From Candidatus Solincola daggyaiensis (lineage in GTDB: Bacteria; Actinomycetota; Geothermincolia; Geothermincolales; RBG-13-55-18), in the NCBI GenBank assembly GCA_015711825.1, contig JACVJD010000003.1:1-59596 (forward strand): a stretch of DNA of 59,596 bases. Direction: 5' to 3'. Numbering within the stretch: position 1 is the first letter of the stretch; every line of letters begins with the position of its first letter. Below the pieces are notes generated by a model. That model had not been told where the DNA came from and ran no database searches. It was given only the letters and a program-made list of their open reading frames with translations. Made by a program: the position numbers and the translations under genes. Shown here in pieces: positions 45,276 to 54,323 of the stretch.

Positions 45276-46463
45276 TCAACCCCGCAGCCTCGACTCGTAC
45301 TCCTCGATGAGAGCGGCTCTTTCCAGGCCGAAGGCTCGCATCTTCGCCTTTATCGCCGGGTCATCCCACGCCGGCTGGTAACCCACCTCCCTGCCCGCCT
45401 TCTCGGGATCCTGGTAACGAAGGTCCAGCGCCTTCTCGGACATGTGGGTGTCGTCGCCCATGAAGACCAACATCCTCTCGTCAACGGACCGGCCTTCGTT
45501 CTGGCGCATCACGTAATCGATGAGCATCTCCGTGTAACGGCGGGACTGGGGATTCCATACCTCGTAGCCGTCCACGTCGTAACCGGCCAGGAGCACGGGC
45601 CAGAACTGCTCGGGGTGCGGTACCACTATCCTCGCCCCCACGGCCCTTGCCTCCTCTAAGACCTCTTGCACCTGAAAGAAATACCGATTGGAGAAGCCGG
45701 CTTTTACTAGGGACTTGACTCCCTTCAGGAAAACAAGCGCTCTCTTTATGAGCTTACCGTCGTGCAGTTCCCTGAGTTTTCTGAAATAGCTCTCCACTAA
45801 CTTGTTCCTCAACATGAAGGGCGGCGTGTCTCTTTCGTGCCTTATTATCAGCTCCCTCAGCTTGGCCGCGTACACGCGCACGAACTGCACCAGGCTCCTG
45901 CCGGCGCCGGTCTGCAAGGCCGCCTTCTGGAGCATATCCTCCTTCGAAGGATCGACTATAGTTTCTAGATACTGGTAAAGCTGCGTCGACCTGTATTTGA
46001 AGGTGTGCGCGAGCATGGACTGCATGCGTTCCGCCCTCATGAGGCGCGTGGACTCTGCGTGTATGAGGAGCTGGATCTTCTGATCGAATTCGGGCGCGTA
46101 GCAATCCATCTCCACCCCGGCGAAGGCGCCCAAGGCCATGGCTATGTTGTGCTGGGTGGGGATCACCAGTTCGCGCTCGGCGTTGGGGAAGACCTTGTGC
46201 AATCTTTCCTCGGCCAGTTCCAGGGGGATGTATTCCGGGTGCCAGTGCACGGCAAGCACTTCCTTCTGCCGCGGGTGAATGTTTATGGGGTTGACTACGG
46301 CACCGATCTGCACAGGGGAAAGGTCGGTGGAGGTTATCTCGGCGTAAGCCCTCTCATCCCAATCAGTGATCTCGGGAGAGGGCTGGTCCGGCGCTATGAA
46401 ACTGAGTTGGTCATCGATCCTCAAGACGGCCTTCCTGGAAATATCCATTCCGGCCTGTTCCAA
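45276..46463 (-). CDS. Hypothetical protein with split PHP-like (metal-dependent phosphoesterase) motifs around a helical insert
   Basis: About 390 aa. VHWHPE (HxH), HNIAMA, IVVPHPEQFW and MGDDTH resemble the PHP motif series. The start is uncertain (TTG 46463 or ATG 46448). Confidence 0.5.
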   Translation of the reverse strand: MEQAGMDISRKAVLRIDDQLSFIAPDQPSPEITDWDERAYAEITSTDLSPVQIGAVVNPINIHPRQKEVLAVHWHPEYIPLELAEERLHKVFPNAERELVIPTQHNIAMALGAFAGVEMDCYAPEFDQKIQLLIHAESTRLMRAERMQSMLAHTFKYRSTQLYQYLETIVDPSKEDMLQKAALQTGAGRSLVQFVRVYAAKLRELIIRHERDTPPFMLRNKLVESYFRKLRELHDGKLIKRALVFLKGVKSLVKAGFSNRYFFQVQEVLEEARAVGARIVVPHPEQFWPVLLAGYDVDGYEVWNPQSRRYTEMLIDYVMRQNEGRSVDERMLVFMGDDTHMSEKALDLRYQDPEKAGREVGYQPAWDDPAIKAKMRAFGLERAALIEEYESRLRG

Positions 46464-46546
46464 ACCCCTTGCTGTGCCTGGCTCCTATTATAGGTTCGTA
46501 TGCGGATATGTTCAACGCAGGCAATGGGGTGGTCTCTAAAAGAAAA

Positions 46547-46621
46547 TGGAGCCGGTGAGAGGAATCGAACCTCCAACCAACCGCTTACAAGGCGGACGCT
46601 CTACCATTGAGCTACACCGGC
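46547..46621 (-). tRNA. tRNA-Thr (anticodon UGU), CCA encoded
   Basis: Hand-folded cloverleaf. Acceptor stem GCCGGUG/CACCGGC has 7 bp and the D stem is GCUC/GAGC. The anticodon loop is CU-UGU-AA and the T arm is GGAGG-UUCGAUU-CCUCU. The 3' end is UCCA. Confidence 0.9.
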
Positions 46622-46632
46622 CTCCCGAAGCA

Positions 46633-46661
46633 ATTATAATCCCAGACATGGGGGTCACGCC
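46633..46661 (-). promoter_or_regulatory. Candidate promoter of tRNA-Thr (perfect TATAAT 12 nt upstream; -35-like GTGACC supplied by the repeat element)
   Basis: The reverse complement of 46633-46638 is TATAAT. GTGACC (reverse complement of 46654-46659) lies 15 nt further upstream. Confidence 0.35.
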
Positions 46662-46719
46662 TCGTTTTATGTCTGGACATGGGGGTCACGCCTCGTTTTA
46701 TGTCTGAAGACATAGGGGG
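46644..46719 (+). repeat. Two tandem full copies (46644-46675, 46676-46706) plus a partial third copy of the 32-nt palindromic element
   Basis: AGACATGGGGGTCACGCCTCGTTTTATGTCTG appears twice head-to-tail, followed by AAGACATAGGGGG. Confidence 0.9.
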
Positions 46720-46732
46720 CCAGAAGAGCCGC

Positions 46733-48031
46733 TCAACCCTGCAAGGTGACCTTCACCAGGTCGTGCGCCCCGTCCCGGGGAGGAGAGCACAGCGGCGCCA
46801 GGCGCTCGAAAAAGGCGTCGGGGTCGATGACCTCCTCAGGAGCGAAGACGCCGTGGCGCTCCAGGCATCCGCTTCCCAGAAGGTGCAGCCCGACGGCCAG
46901 GGGGATGCCGGTCATACCCCCCATGGATCCGGGGGGCAAGGAGGCCAACTCCGCCGCCGTGCGCGCCGCGCGGCCGTCCTTCTCACCCTCCGCATAAGCG
47001 AAGAGCATGGGGAGGGTAGCCCCTCCTTTTTTCGGCGCGCGCAGAAAACGGACGGCGTCGTCCAGCCCCATGCGCCTGCCGGCCAGCTTCCGCGCCAGCC
47101 AAGCCAACCCCTTCCTCGTCTCTTGCCACTTCGTCTGCCGTCTCCCGGGGTCGGGGGCGAGCGCCTCTATCGCCTCCTCCACCTCCCGCACCGCCTCGGC
47201 GATGCTCATGCTCCCAGCGTCTATGCCGCGCCGCAGCCAGGAGAGCAGGGCGATGACCTCCCCCGGCATGACCATGACGTTGCAGCTCGACCTCAACTGC
47301 GGGAAGCGTCGCGGCAAAGTCACGGGTTCGGGATGGCCTATGGTATAGGTCGCCCTGGCTCCGTAACCGGGGTATGGAACCGTGATTTCCTGCAGTGGCG
47401 GTACATCTATGAACTTACCGTCCTCTAGCAATCGTATGGTCCCCGACGCCTGTTTAAGCCAGTGGTCGTAGGCTGCGGAGAAAGAACCTCCCGTGCCCGG
47501 CTTCAGCTCCTCCAGCCCCTCGCGGCTCTCCTCCGATTCCCCCCAGCCCGTTATCAACGTGGACACCTTTTCCAGCGCCTCCGCGGCCTTCACCGCCAGG
47601 AGGTTGGTGATCCCGGGGCTCGCGCCCAGCCCCAGCACGGCGGTTACCCCCGCCTCCCGCGCCTCGGCGTCCATGGCAAGCATTTCCAAAGTGGGCTCCC
47701 AGTCGTCACAGATGTCGAAGTAATGGCACCCCGAGGAGATGGCGGCCTTGAGCACCGTGGGGCCGAACCTGTAGAAGGGGCCGGTGGTGTTGAGGACGGC
47801 GTCCGTCCCTTCCAGCAACCTCCCCAGTTCGTCCGCCCTGGTGATGTCCACCTTCGCCGTCGTCGCCTTCTCTCCCACCCATTTCACGGCCACCTCTTTC
47901 GCCCTCGACTCATCGAGGTCCGCCACCACGATCTCGTCCACGAAGTCGAGGGAGGCGGCCGTCCTGGCGGCGTACCGCCCCATGCCGCCCCCCGCCCCAA
48001 GGGCAACCACCCGTGCTTTCAATCCTTTCAT
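46733..48031 (-). CDS. Saccharopine-dehydrogenase-family NAD(P)-binding oxidoreductase
   Basis: 432 aa from ATG 48031. VVALGAGGGMG Rossmann motif and the TTGPFYRFG / GASPGITN family blocks. Confidence 0.8.
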   Translation of the reverse strand: MKGLKARVVALGAGGGMGRYAARTAASLDFVDEIVVADLDESRAKEVAVKWVGEKATTAKVDITRADELGRLLEGTDAVLNTTGPFYRFGPTVLKAAISSGCHYFDICDDWEPTLEMLAMDAEAREAGVTAVLGLGASPGITNLLAVKAAEALEKVSTLITGWGESEESREGLEELKPGTGGSFSAAYDHWLKQASGTIRLLEDGKFIDVPPLQEITVPYPGYGARATYTIGHPEPVTLPRRFPQLRSSCNVMVMPGEVIALLSWLRRGIDAGSMSIAEAVREVEEAIEALAPDPGRRQTKWQETRKGLAWLARKLAGRRMGLDDAVRFLRAPKKGGATLPMLFAYAEGEKDGRAARTAAELASLPPGSMGGMTGIPLAVGLHLLGSGCLERHGVFAPEEVIDPDAFFERLAPLCSPPRDGAHDLVKVTLQG

Positions 48032-48125
48032 ATGGCCTCGATCCTTTCTCCCTCCATGACGCGCGCTTCCGCCGCCGCCCCCCAGCGCACGTAGAAATGG
48101 GGTCAGGCCTTGTTCGATGTCCGGC

Positions 48126-48641
48126 TTATCCGTAGCGCATCTCATCGAGGAGACGGCGCGTCTCCTCGCCCAGCCTTTCCTCCAGGGGCACGCGCCTCCT
48201 TGCGGCTCTCTTCATCTCCTCGCGCGTCTCGTCAGCCGCCTCGTGCGCCCTCTCCAGCAGCGACGGCCCATTGATGACGCGCGCCCCGAAACCGGAGGCC
48301 AGGCCGGACAGCACGCGGTCGGAGGTGGCCACCGCCACCTCGCTCACCTCGGTCCGCGAGGACATGCGCCGGGCCGCCTTCTCGATGAAGGTATCCGCCG
48401 ACTGAGTTCTGCGTGTGAACACCACCGTGACGCCCCCGCGCTCCTCGAAGACCGGCTCGGGGTTGGGGGAACCCGCAGCGTCGAAGACCACCATGACCAG
48501 GCCGTACCGGCCCGGCGCGGCAAGAGGCATTAGCTCCCTCACCAGCCCCTCCCTGGCGGCGTCCATGTCCGACCCCACGAGGCGCGACAGCTCATGGTGC
48601 GCGTATATGAGATTGTACCCGTCCACGAGCAGCGCTCTCAT
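48126..48641 (-). CDS. yacP: NYN-domain protein YacP/Rae1-like ribonuclease
   Basis: 171 aa. MRALLVDGYNLIY start and TSDRV motif. It occupies the conserved position after rlmB. Confidence 0.8.
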   Translation of the reverse strand: MRALLVDGYNLIYAHHELSRLVGSDMDAAREGLVRELMPLAAPGRYGLVMVVFDAAGSPNPEPVFEERGGVTVVFTRRTQSADTFIEKAARRMSSRTEVSEVAVATSDRVLSGLASGFGARVINGPSLLERAHEAADETREEMKRAARRRVPLEERLGEETRRLLDEMRYG

Positions 48642-48863
48642 CTCTCACGCTCTTCTCTTCGCGTCATATCTTCCCTTCCCACGACCAACCCGGGATCACC
48701 ACGGCATTCCCCATGCGAACCGCGTCCACGCCGTGAACTCGCCTGGAACCATGTGCCCGCATAAGCATATCATCCTGCGGCTCATAGGCCGGCACAAGAT
48801 GCCCCGGCAACGGTAGCGGGAGGCGCGGCGGCATGCCGCCGGCAAGGGAAGAGCCGCGCGGTC

Positions 48864-49604
48864 CTAGAGCTTTTCCCGCTGTCGCAGCGCCTCGTAGATG
48901 ATGATCGCCGCGGCGGCGGAGACGTTGAGCGAGGATATCTTCCCCAACATGGGCACCCGCACCAGGGTGTCGCAGCTCTCTCGCACCAGACGGTGCAGAC
49001 CCTCACCCTCCGATCCCATCACCAGGGCCAGGGGTCCCGTGAGGTCGGACTCGAAACAGGTCCGCTCCGCCCGGGCGTCCGCCCCCACCACCCACAGCCC
49101 CAGCTTCTTCAGTTCCCGCATCACGCTCGCCAGGTTGGGCACGGTGACGATGGCAAGGTTCTCCACCGCCCCGGAGGAGGAATGGAATACGGCCGGGGTG
49201 ACCGGCGCAGCGCGGCTGCGGGGCAGGATGAGCGCGTCCACGCCCGCCGCCTCGCAGGTCCTTGCCACGTTGCCGAGGTTGCGGGGATCGGTCACCCCGT
49301 CCAGGAGCACCAGGAAGGGGTTTTTCTTCTTCTCCAGTTCCTGGTAAACGCGTTTGAAGGTGGAATAGCGATAGGGCTCTACCCTGAGGATGACTCCCTG
49401 GTGGTTTTCGGAGGAAGCGAGGCGGTCGATCTCGCGCCGCGGCAGGCTGGTCACATCCACGCGCCGAGCCCGTGCCGCGGCCATGATCTCGTCCAGTATC
49501 TTCGCGGGCTGCATACCCTCCGCCACCAGGAGCTCGTAGGCCTCGCGCTTGCCTCGCAGGGCCTCCAGCACCGCCCTTCTTCCTTCCACCTGCTCGTATC
49601 TCAA
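48864..49604 (-). CDS. rlmB: 23S rRNA (guanosine-2'-O)-methyltransferase RlmB (SpoU/TrmH family)
   Basis: SpoU motifs DGVTDPRNLGNVARTCEAAGVD, LVMGSEGEGL and SLNVSAAAAI. The preferred start is TTG 49604 after GGAAAGGAAG (246 aa); the maximal ORF reaches 49772. Confidence 0.85.
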   Translation of the reverse strand: MRYEQVEGRRAVLEALRGKREAYELLVAEGMQPAKILDEIMAAARARRVDVTSLPRREIDRLASSENHQGVILRVEPYRYSTFKRVYQELEKKKNPFLVLLDGVTDPRNLGNVARTCEAAGVDALILPRSRAAPVTPAVFHSSSGAVENLAIVTVPNLASVMRELKKLGLWVVGADARAERTCFESDLTGPLALVMGSEGEGLHRLVRESCDTLVRVPMLGKISSLNVSAAAAIIIYEALRQREKL

Positions 49605-49945
49605 GCTGCTTCCTTTCCTTCCCTGGGTGCCGACGTCACCGCCGCCGCCTTCTCCCTCCCGGCACGCCCTCCTCTCGCCAAAGCGCCGCCGGTGTCCTGT
49701 TTCGAAAAGCGATCCCCGTAATCGCCCGTGTATGCGCCGGCTGAACGAGGGGGCGAAACGCCTATGACGCAAGGGCGTGTTTCTCCCCCTGCTCGCATCT
49801 TTCCGGCGCCGTTTTTCTCTATTTCATAAACGAGGATGCCGCGGAGCGCCTAATATACGCAAGCCGTAGCCCGCCCATTAACCCGTTTATTCCATCGCAC
49901 TAAATCCGGCTCAATACGCGCCGCTCCGCGAACACCGGCCGCAGC

Positions 49946-51448
49946 TTATTCTTCCTTGCCCACGAATTTCCAGCGCTGCCCCTCTCGCAGGTCGTCAACG
50001 CGTATGCCCATCTCGCGCAGGCGGGAGCGGATGAAGTCGGCGGTCTCGAACTGCTTCCTCTCCCGCGCCATCGCCCTCACTTCCAGCAACAGTTCCACCA
50101 GGCTCTCCGCCGTGGGCAGGGAATCCCCTTCCCCTTTGCCCGCATCCTCACACGCCACGTCCTCCCCTTCCCCCTGCGCGGTAGGCGCGAGGAGCCCCAG
50201 CACCCGGCACAATCTCAGCAGGACGTCGCGGCCGTGGCTCGCCACCATGGGCGAGGCGGGGGTCTGGAAACGCTGCTGCTCATCCAGGTAGGAGTTGAGC
50301 TCCTTCACCAGCTCGAAGATCACCCCCATGGCGCGGGCGGTGTTGAAATCGTCGTCCATGGCCTCCTCGAAGCGCCGCTCGAAGTCGAAGAAGGAGTCCG
50401 AGAGCTCCACCTCCCTCTGGGTGCGCGCCGGGGCCACGCGTGCGGGAGGCCTGGCGACGAAGGAGTCCAGGGCGAAAAGGCAGTTCTCGATGCGCTCCAG
50501 GGCGCGCTTGGCCTCCTCGAGCGCCTCGGGACCGAAGTCGATGGGGCTGCGGTAGTGGGTCTGGAGGGCGAGGAGGCGCACCGCGTCCGCGGGGTAGTGC
50601 TTGAGGATCTCGCGCACCAGGACGATGTTCCCCAGTGACTTGGACATCTTCTCCTCGCGTATGTTCACGAAGCCGTTGTGCAACCAGTAGCGCACGAAGG
50701 GACCTGCGCCGCTGTAGGCCTCCGACTGCGCGATCTCGTTCTCGTGGTGGGGGAATATGAGGTCCTGCCCTCCCCCGTGGATGTCGAAGCCCATGCCCAG
50801 GTGCTGCAGGGACATAGCCGAGCACTCGATGTGCCATCCCGGCCGCCCCATCCCCCAAGGCGACTCCCAGGCCGGCTCTCCGGGCTTGGAGGCCTTCCAG
50901 AGAGCGAAGTCCATGGGGTGGCGCTTGCGCTCGTCCACCTCCACCCGTTCCCCCGCCCGCATCTCCTCCAGGGAGCGCCCGGAGAGCTTGCCGTATCCCT
51001 CGAAGCTCTCCACGCTGAAATAGACGTCGCCGTCCACCACGTAGGCGTGGCCCTTCTCCACCAGCGTCCGGATCATTTCCAGCATCTGGGGGATGGTTTC
51101 GGTGGCGCGGGGGGAGACGTCCGGCGGAAGCACGTTGAGGGCCTGCATATCCTCGCGGAAAGCCCGCTCGTAGAAGCGCGCGATTTCCTGGGGCGCCTTC
51201 CCCTCCTCGCGCGCGCGGTTGATTATCTTGTCGTCCACGTCGGTGAAGTTCTGGACGTAGAAGACCTCGTAGCCTTTATGGCGCAGGTAGCGGCGGATGA
51301 CGTCGAAGACCAGGTAAGCCCTGCCGTTGCCGACGTGTATGTAGTTGTAAACGGTGGGGCCGCAGACGTACATGAGCACCCTGCCGTCCTCGCGGGGGCG
51401 GAACTCCTCCTTGCGCCTGGTCATGGTGTTGTACAGGACGAGGCCCAT
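49946..51448 (-). CDS. cysS: Cysteine--tRNA ligase
   Basis: 500 aa. HVGNGRAY (HIGH) and KMSKS motifs. The start overlaps the cysE stop (TAATG). Confidence 0.95.
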   Translation of the reverse strand: MGLVLYNTMTRRKEEFRPREDGRVLMYVCGPTVYNYIHVGNGRAYLVFDVIRRYLRHKGYEVFYVQNFTDVDDKIINRAREEGKAPQEIARFYERAFREDMQALNVLPPDVSPRATETIPQMLEMIRTLVEKGHAYVVDGDVYFSVESFEGYGKLSGRSLEEMRAGERVEVDERKRHPMDFALWKASKPGEPAWESPWGMGRPGWHIECSAMSLQHLGMGFDIHGGGQDLIFPHHENEIAQSEAYSGAGPFVRYWLHNGFVNIREEKMSKSLGNIVLVREILKHYPADAVRLLALQTHYRSPIDFGPEALEEAKRALERIENCLFALDSFVARPPARVAPARTQREVELSDSFFDFERRFEEAMDDDFNTARAMGVIFELVKELNSYLDEQQRFQTPASPMVASHGRDVLLRLCRVLGLLAPTAQGEGEDVACEDAGKGEGDSLPTAESLVELLLEVRAMARERKQFETADFIRSRLREMGIRVDDLREGQRWKFVGKEE

Positions 51449-52206
51449 TAAGCCACCTCACCGCCTTCGCCGGGCGCCATATCCCCGCCCTTACCCGAAC
51501 CCTCTCCGAGGCTTTCCTCCATCCTGCAGAGCTCTTCCTCGGCGCGGCGCAGCTTCTCCTCCGCGATCTCCAGCTCGAGCTGGGTGCGCACCAGGCGGTC
51601 CTCCAGTTTGCGGATGAGCCCGTCCAGGGCCTCGATGCGATCCATGACCGGATCGGGTATGGCCTCGTGGTGGAGGTCCACCACCGGCTCCCCCTCCTGC
51701 ACCACCACCTTGCCCGGCACGCCCACCACCGTGCAGCGCGGGGGAACGTCCCGGATGACCACCGCGCCGGCCCCCACCTTGGAGTCGTCCCCGATGGTGA
51801 TGGGACCCAGCACCTTGGCGCCGGCGGCGATGACCACGTTCCTGCCCACGGTGGGATGGCGCTTTCCCTTTTCCTTTCCCGTGCCCCCCAGGGTGACTCC
51901 CTGGTAGAGGGTCACATAGTCTCCGATCTCGGAGGTCTCCCCGATGACCACCCCCATACCGTGGTCGATGAACACCCCCTTGCCGAACTTCGCTCCGGGA
52001 TGGATCTCTATACCGGTGAGGAAGCGGTTGAGGTGGGATATGAGGCGTGGCACCACCGGCACCTTCTTCTCCCACAGCCAGTGGGCCGCGCGGTGCATCC
52101 ACAGAGCGTGGAGCCCCGGGTACGCGAGGACGATCTCCAGGATGCTGCGGGCCGCGGGGTCGCGGTCGCGCACCGCCTCGATGTCCTGCCTCAGGGTATC
52201 AAACAC
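51448..52206 (-). CDS. cysE: Serine O-acetyltransferase
   Basis: GTG 52206 lies 6 nt after [20 protein letters not shown]-terminus, hexapeptide-repeat left-handed helix, Gram-positive-type helical C-terminal tail. Confidence 0.9.
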   Translation of the reverse strand: MFDTLRQDIEAVRDRDPAARSILEIVLAYPGLHALWMHRAAHWLWEKKVPVVPRLISHLNRFLTGIEIHPGAKFGKGVFIDHGMGVVIGETSEIGDYVTLYQGVTLGGTGKEKGKRHPTVGRNVVIAAGAKVLGPITIGDDSKVGAGAVVIRDVPPRCTVVGVPGKVVVQEGEPVVDLHHEAIPDPVMDRIEALDGLIRKLEDRLVRTQLELEIAEEKLRRAEEELCRMEESLGEGSGKGGDMAPGEGGEVA

Positions 52207-52235
52207 TTTATCTCCTCCCCTTTCGCACAAGGCCC

Positions 52236-52264
52236 ATTATAAAGGGCGAGAGCACCGGTTTTAA
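52236..52264 (-). promoter_or_regulatory. Candidate cysE promoter (-35 TTAAAA, 17-nt spacer, -10 TATAAT)
   Basis: Read on the minus strand, about 30 nt upstream of the GTG start. Confidence 0.4.
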
Positions 52265-52319
52265 GTGCTTAAATCATTCATGCCCACTATCCCCATGCCC
52301 GCTATCCCGTACCTCCATC

Positions 52320-52470
52320 GCCTCTCCCGCGAAAACTGGGATCCTACTATATTCACGACAAGAAATCATGCGACTCCCTAAGCCTCTCCCGCGCAAGCGG
52401 GGATCTCACGCACTTCACCCCCGCCAGGCGCGCGGCGACGAAGCCTCTCCCGCGCAAGCGGGGATCTCAC
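52320..52470. CRISPR. Orphan mini CRISPR-like array: three 28/29-nt repeats (52320-52347 degenerate, 52382-52409, 52443-52470) with two unique 32-33-nt spacers
   Basis: The repeat (A)GCCTCTCCCGCGCAAGCGGGGATCTCAC has the type I-E-like core CCCGCGC.AGCGGGGAT. The period is 61-62 bp. The first repeat has 5 mismatches. No cas genes are in the window. Confidence 0.6.
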
Positions 52471-52663
52471 CCCGCGACGGCGGAAAAGCCGGTACGGTAT
52501 TCAGGCTCCACGGATGGCTCGGCTTCCGGCCTTTTCCCATCCGGCCCGGTTGAGCGTTTGCGGTAAAAGCCCTTCTCGAAGACCGGGTGGGTCGGTTTTA
52601 TGCACAGGGATGGATGCGTTTCCGAGTTGCCTTTCTACGCCCGTCTGGATGAAGCCGGCTTGT

Positions 52664-54088
52664 CTACCCATCCCCCAGGGCGGCCCGCAGCCTGGCCACG
52701 CATTCCTCCCGGCCCAAAACGAAGAGCAGGTAGGGAAGGGCCGGTCCTTTATCCCGTCCCGTCAGGGCCACCCGCAGGGGCATGAGGATCTCCCTAGCCT
52801 TGAGGTCCTTCTCCATGAAGGCGTGTTTGAGGGAACTCACCACCTCACGGCAGCCGTCAAGGCTTTCCATGGGCATGGACTCCATAAGCCCGAGGGCTTT
52901 CTCGAGGATCCTGCGCGCCGCCTCCCCGTGCAGCCATTCCGCCGCCGCCTCCGAGGGCGGCACCGGGTCTCCGTACGGCCCCAGGTAGCGCTCCAAATCG
53001 CCCAGTTTGGTAAGATTATCCAGTACGGACTCCAGCATGAGCGGAAAGCGGGGATGGCGCGCCCACGCGGGCGCGAAATCCTGCGCCAGGGCGATAAGCT
53101 TCTCCTTGTCCATGCTGCGCAGGTGCTTTCCGTTCAGCCACTCCAGGCGGTCGCGGTCGAAAACCGCGGGTGAAGCAGACAGGTCCCCGATGTCGAAGAG
53201 GGCCACCAGCTCCTGCAGGCCCAACACCTCCTTGCCGGCGGGCGGCGACCAGGAGAGCAAGGCAAGGTAGTTGGCCAGCGCCGCCGGGAGATACCCCGCC
53301 TCGCGGTATTCCCTCACCGTGGTGGCGCCATGGCGCTTGCTCATCTTCGCGCCATCGGGCCCCAGCAGCAGGGAATGATGGAGATATCTGGGCGGCTCAT
53401 ACCCCAGGGCATCGAAGAGAAGGATATGCCTGGCGGTGTTGGTGAGGTGATCCTCGCCGCGGATGACGTGGGTGATGCCCATGGCGGCGTCGTCCACCAC
53501 CACGGAGAAATTGAACCCGGCGCTGCCGTCCGAGCGCATGATGATGAAATCGCCGAAGGTCCCGGGGGGGAAGCGCACGTACCCATGCAGAAGATCCTGG
53601 AAGGCGACCTCCCCCTCCGGCACGCGGAAGCGCAGGGCGGGCCTCCTGCCCTCCGCCTCCCTCTCCTCCTTCTCCCGTGGCGTAAGGTCACGGCAGGCGC
53701 CGTTATATACGGGCGTCCTGCCCTCCGCCAGCGCCCTGCGCTTGCTCTCCTCCAGCTCCTGCGGGGTACAATAGCAGGGATACGCCTTTCCCGCTTCCAA
53801 AAGCCTGGACGCGTGCAGCCGGTATATCTCCCCACGCTCGCTCTGGCGATAAGGAGCGTACGGCCCTCCCACGTCCGGACCCTCGTCCCAGTCCAGGCCC
53901 AGCCAGCGCAGGTCCAGGAGGATGGACTCCTCGTGCTCGCGGCCGGAACGCGCGGGGTCGGTATCCTCTATACGCAATACCACCTTCCCTCCCTGGCCGC
54001 GCGCGAAAAGCCAGTTGAAAAGGGCGGTGCGCGCGGAGCCGAGGTGGAGTCCGCCGGTGGGAGAGGGAGCGAACCTCACCCTTACCAT
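52664..54088 (-). CDS. gltX: Glutamate--tRNA ligase
   Basis: 474 aa. RFAPSPTGGLHLGSART (HIGH region) and KMSKRHG (KMSKS). Confidence 0.95.
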   Translation of the reverse strand: MVRVRFAPSPTGGLHLGSARTALFNWLFARGQGGKVVLRIEDTDPARSGREHEESILLDLRWLGLDWDEGPDVGGPYAPYRQSERGEIYRLHASRLLEAGKAYPCYCTPQELEESKRRALAEGRTPVYNGACRDLTPREKEEREAEGRRPALRFRVPEGEVAFQDLLHGYVRFPPGTFGDFIIMRSDGSAGFNFSVVVDDAAMGITHVIRGEDHLTNTARHILLFDALGYEPPRYLHHSLLLGPDGAKMSKRHGATTVREYREAGYLPAALANYLALLSWSPPAGKEVLGLQELVALFDIGDLSASPAVFDRDRLEWLNGKHLRSMDKEKLIALAQDFAPAWARHPRFPLMLESVLDNLTKLGDLERYLGPYGDPVPPSEAAAEWLHGEAARRILEKALGLMESMPMESLDGCREVVSSLKHAFMEKDLKAREILMPLRVALTGRDKGPALPYLLFVLGREECVARLRAALGDG

Positions 54089-54323
54089 GCCTTTTTCACC
54101 CCCACGGTTCGTTCTCCCCGAGAGCGCCAGAGGGAAGGGTACCGGTCATGCATGCCTTCCCGGCCCATTATAACCCAACCCGCCTTGTCTAAAGCACTGC
54201 GCGAATCAAGCAGGGAAAGCGCACGGCGCCGGAGAAAAACCCGCGCGGCCTGACGCGGTGGGACGCTTCCCCGCCATCTTCCAGCCTTTTTCGGCAACCT
54301 TTTCCGCCAAGCCCCATGCACGG

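Noticed and set aside
46547-46719. tRNA-Thr plus adjacent repeats as the attachment site of a genomic island carrying the GAK-like cluster
   Set aside because: The repeats lie on the 5' (promoter) side of the tRNA and do not duplicate its 3' end. No integrase is present, and the cluster's GC content looks native. Island status is therefore unsupported.
51448-51680. Helical C-terminal extension of CysE as an unusual fusion
   Set aside because: A DxxHxPDPV segment followed by a coiled-coil-like tail is, as far as I recall, normal for Gram-positive-type CysE. Only the last ~25 Gly/Glu-rich residues are extra, so it is not noteworthy.
52207-52663. T-box leader upstream of cysE, as in Bacillus
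   Set aside because: No T-box sequence (AAnnnGGGUGGUACCGCG) was found on the minus strand. A good sigma-70-like promoter sits only about 30 nt before the cysE start, and the regularly spaced repeats fit a CRISPR geometry instead.
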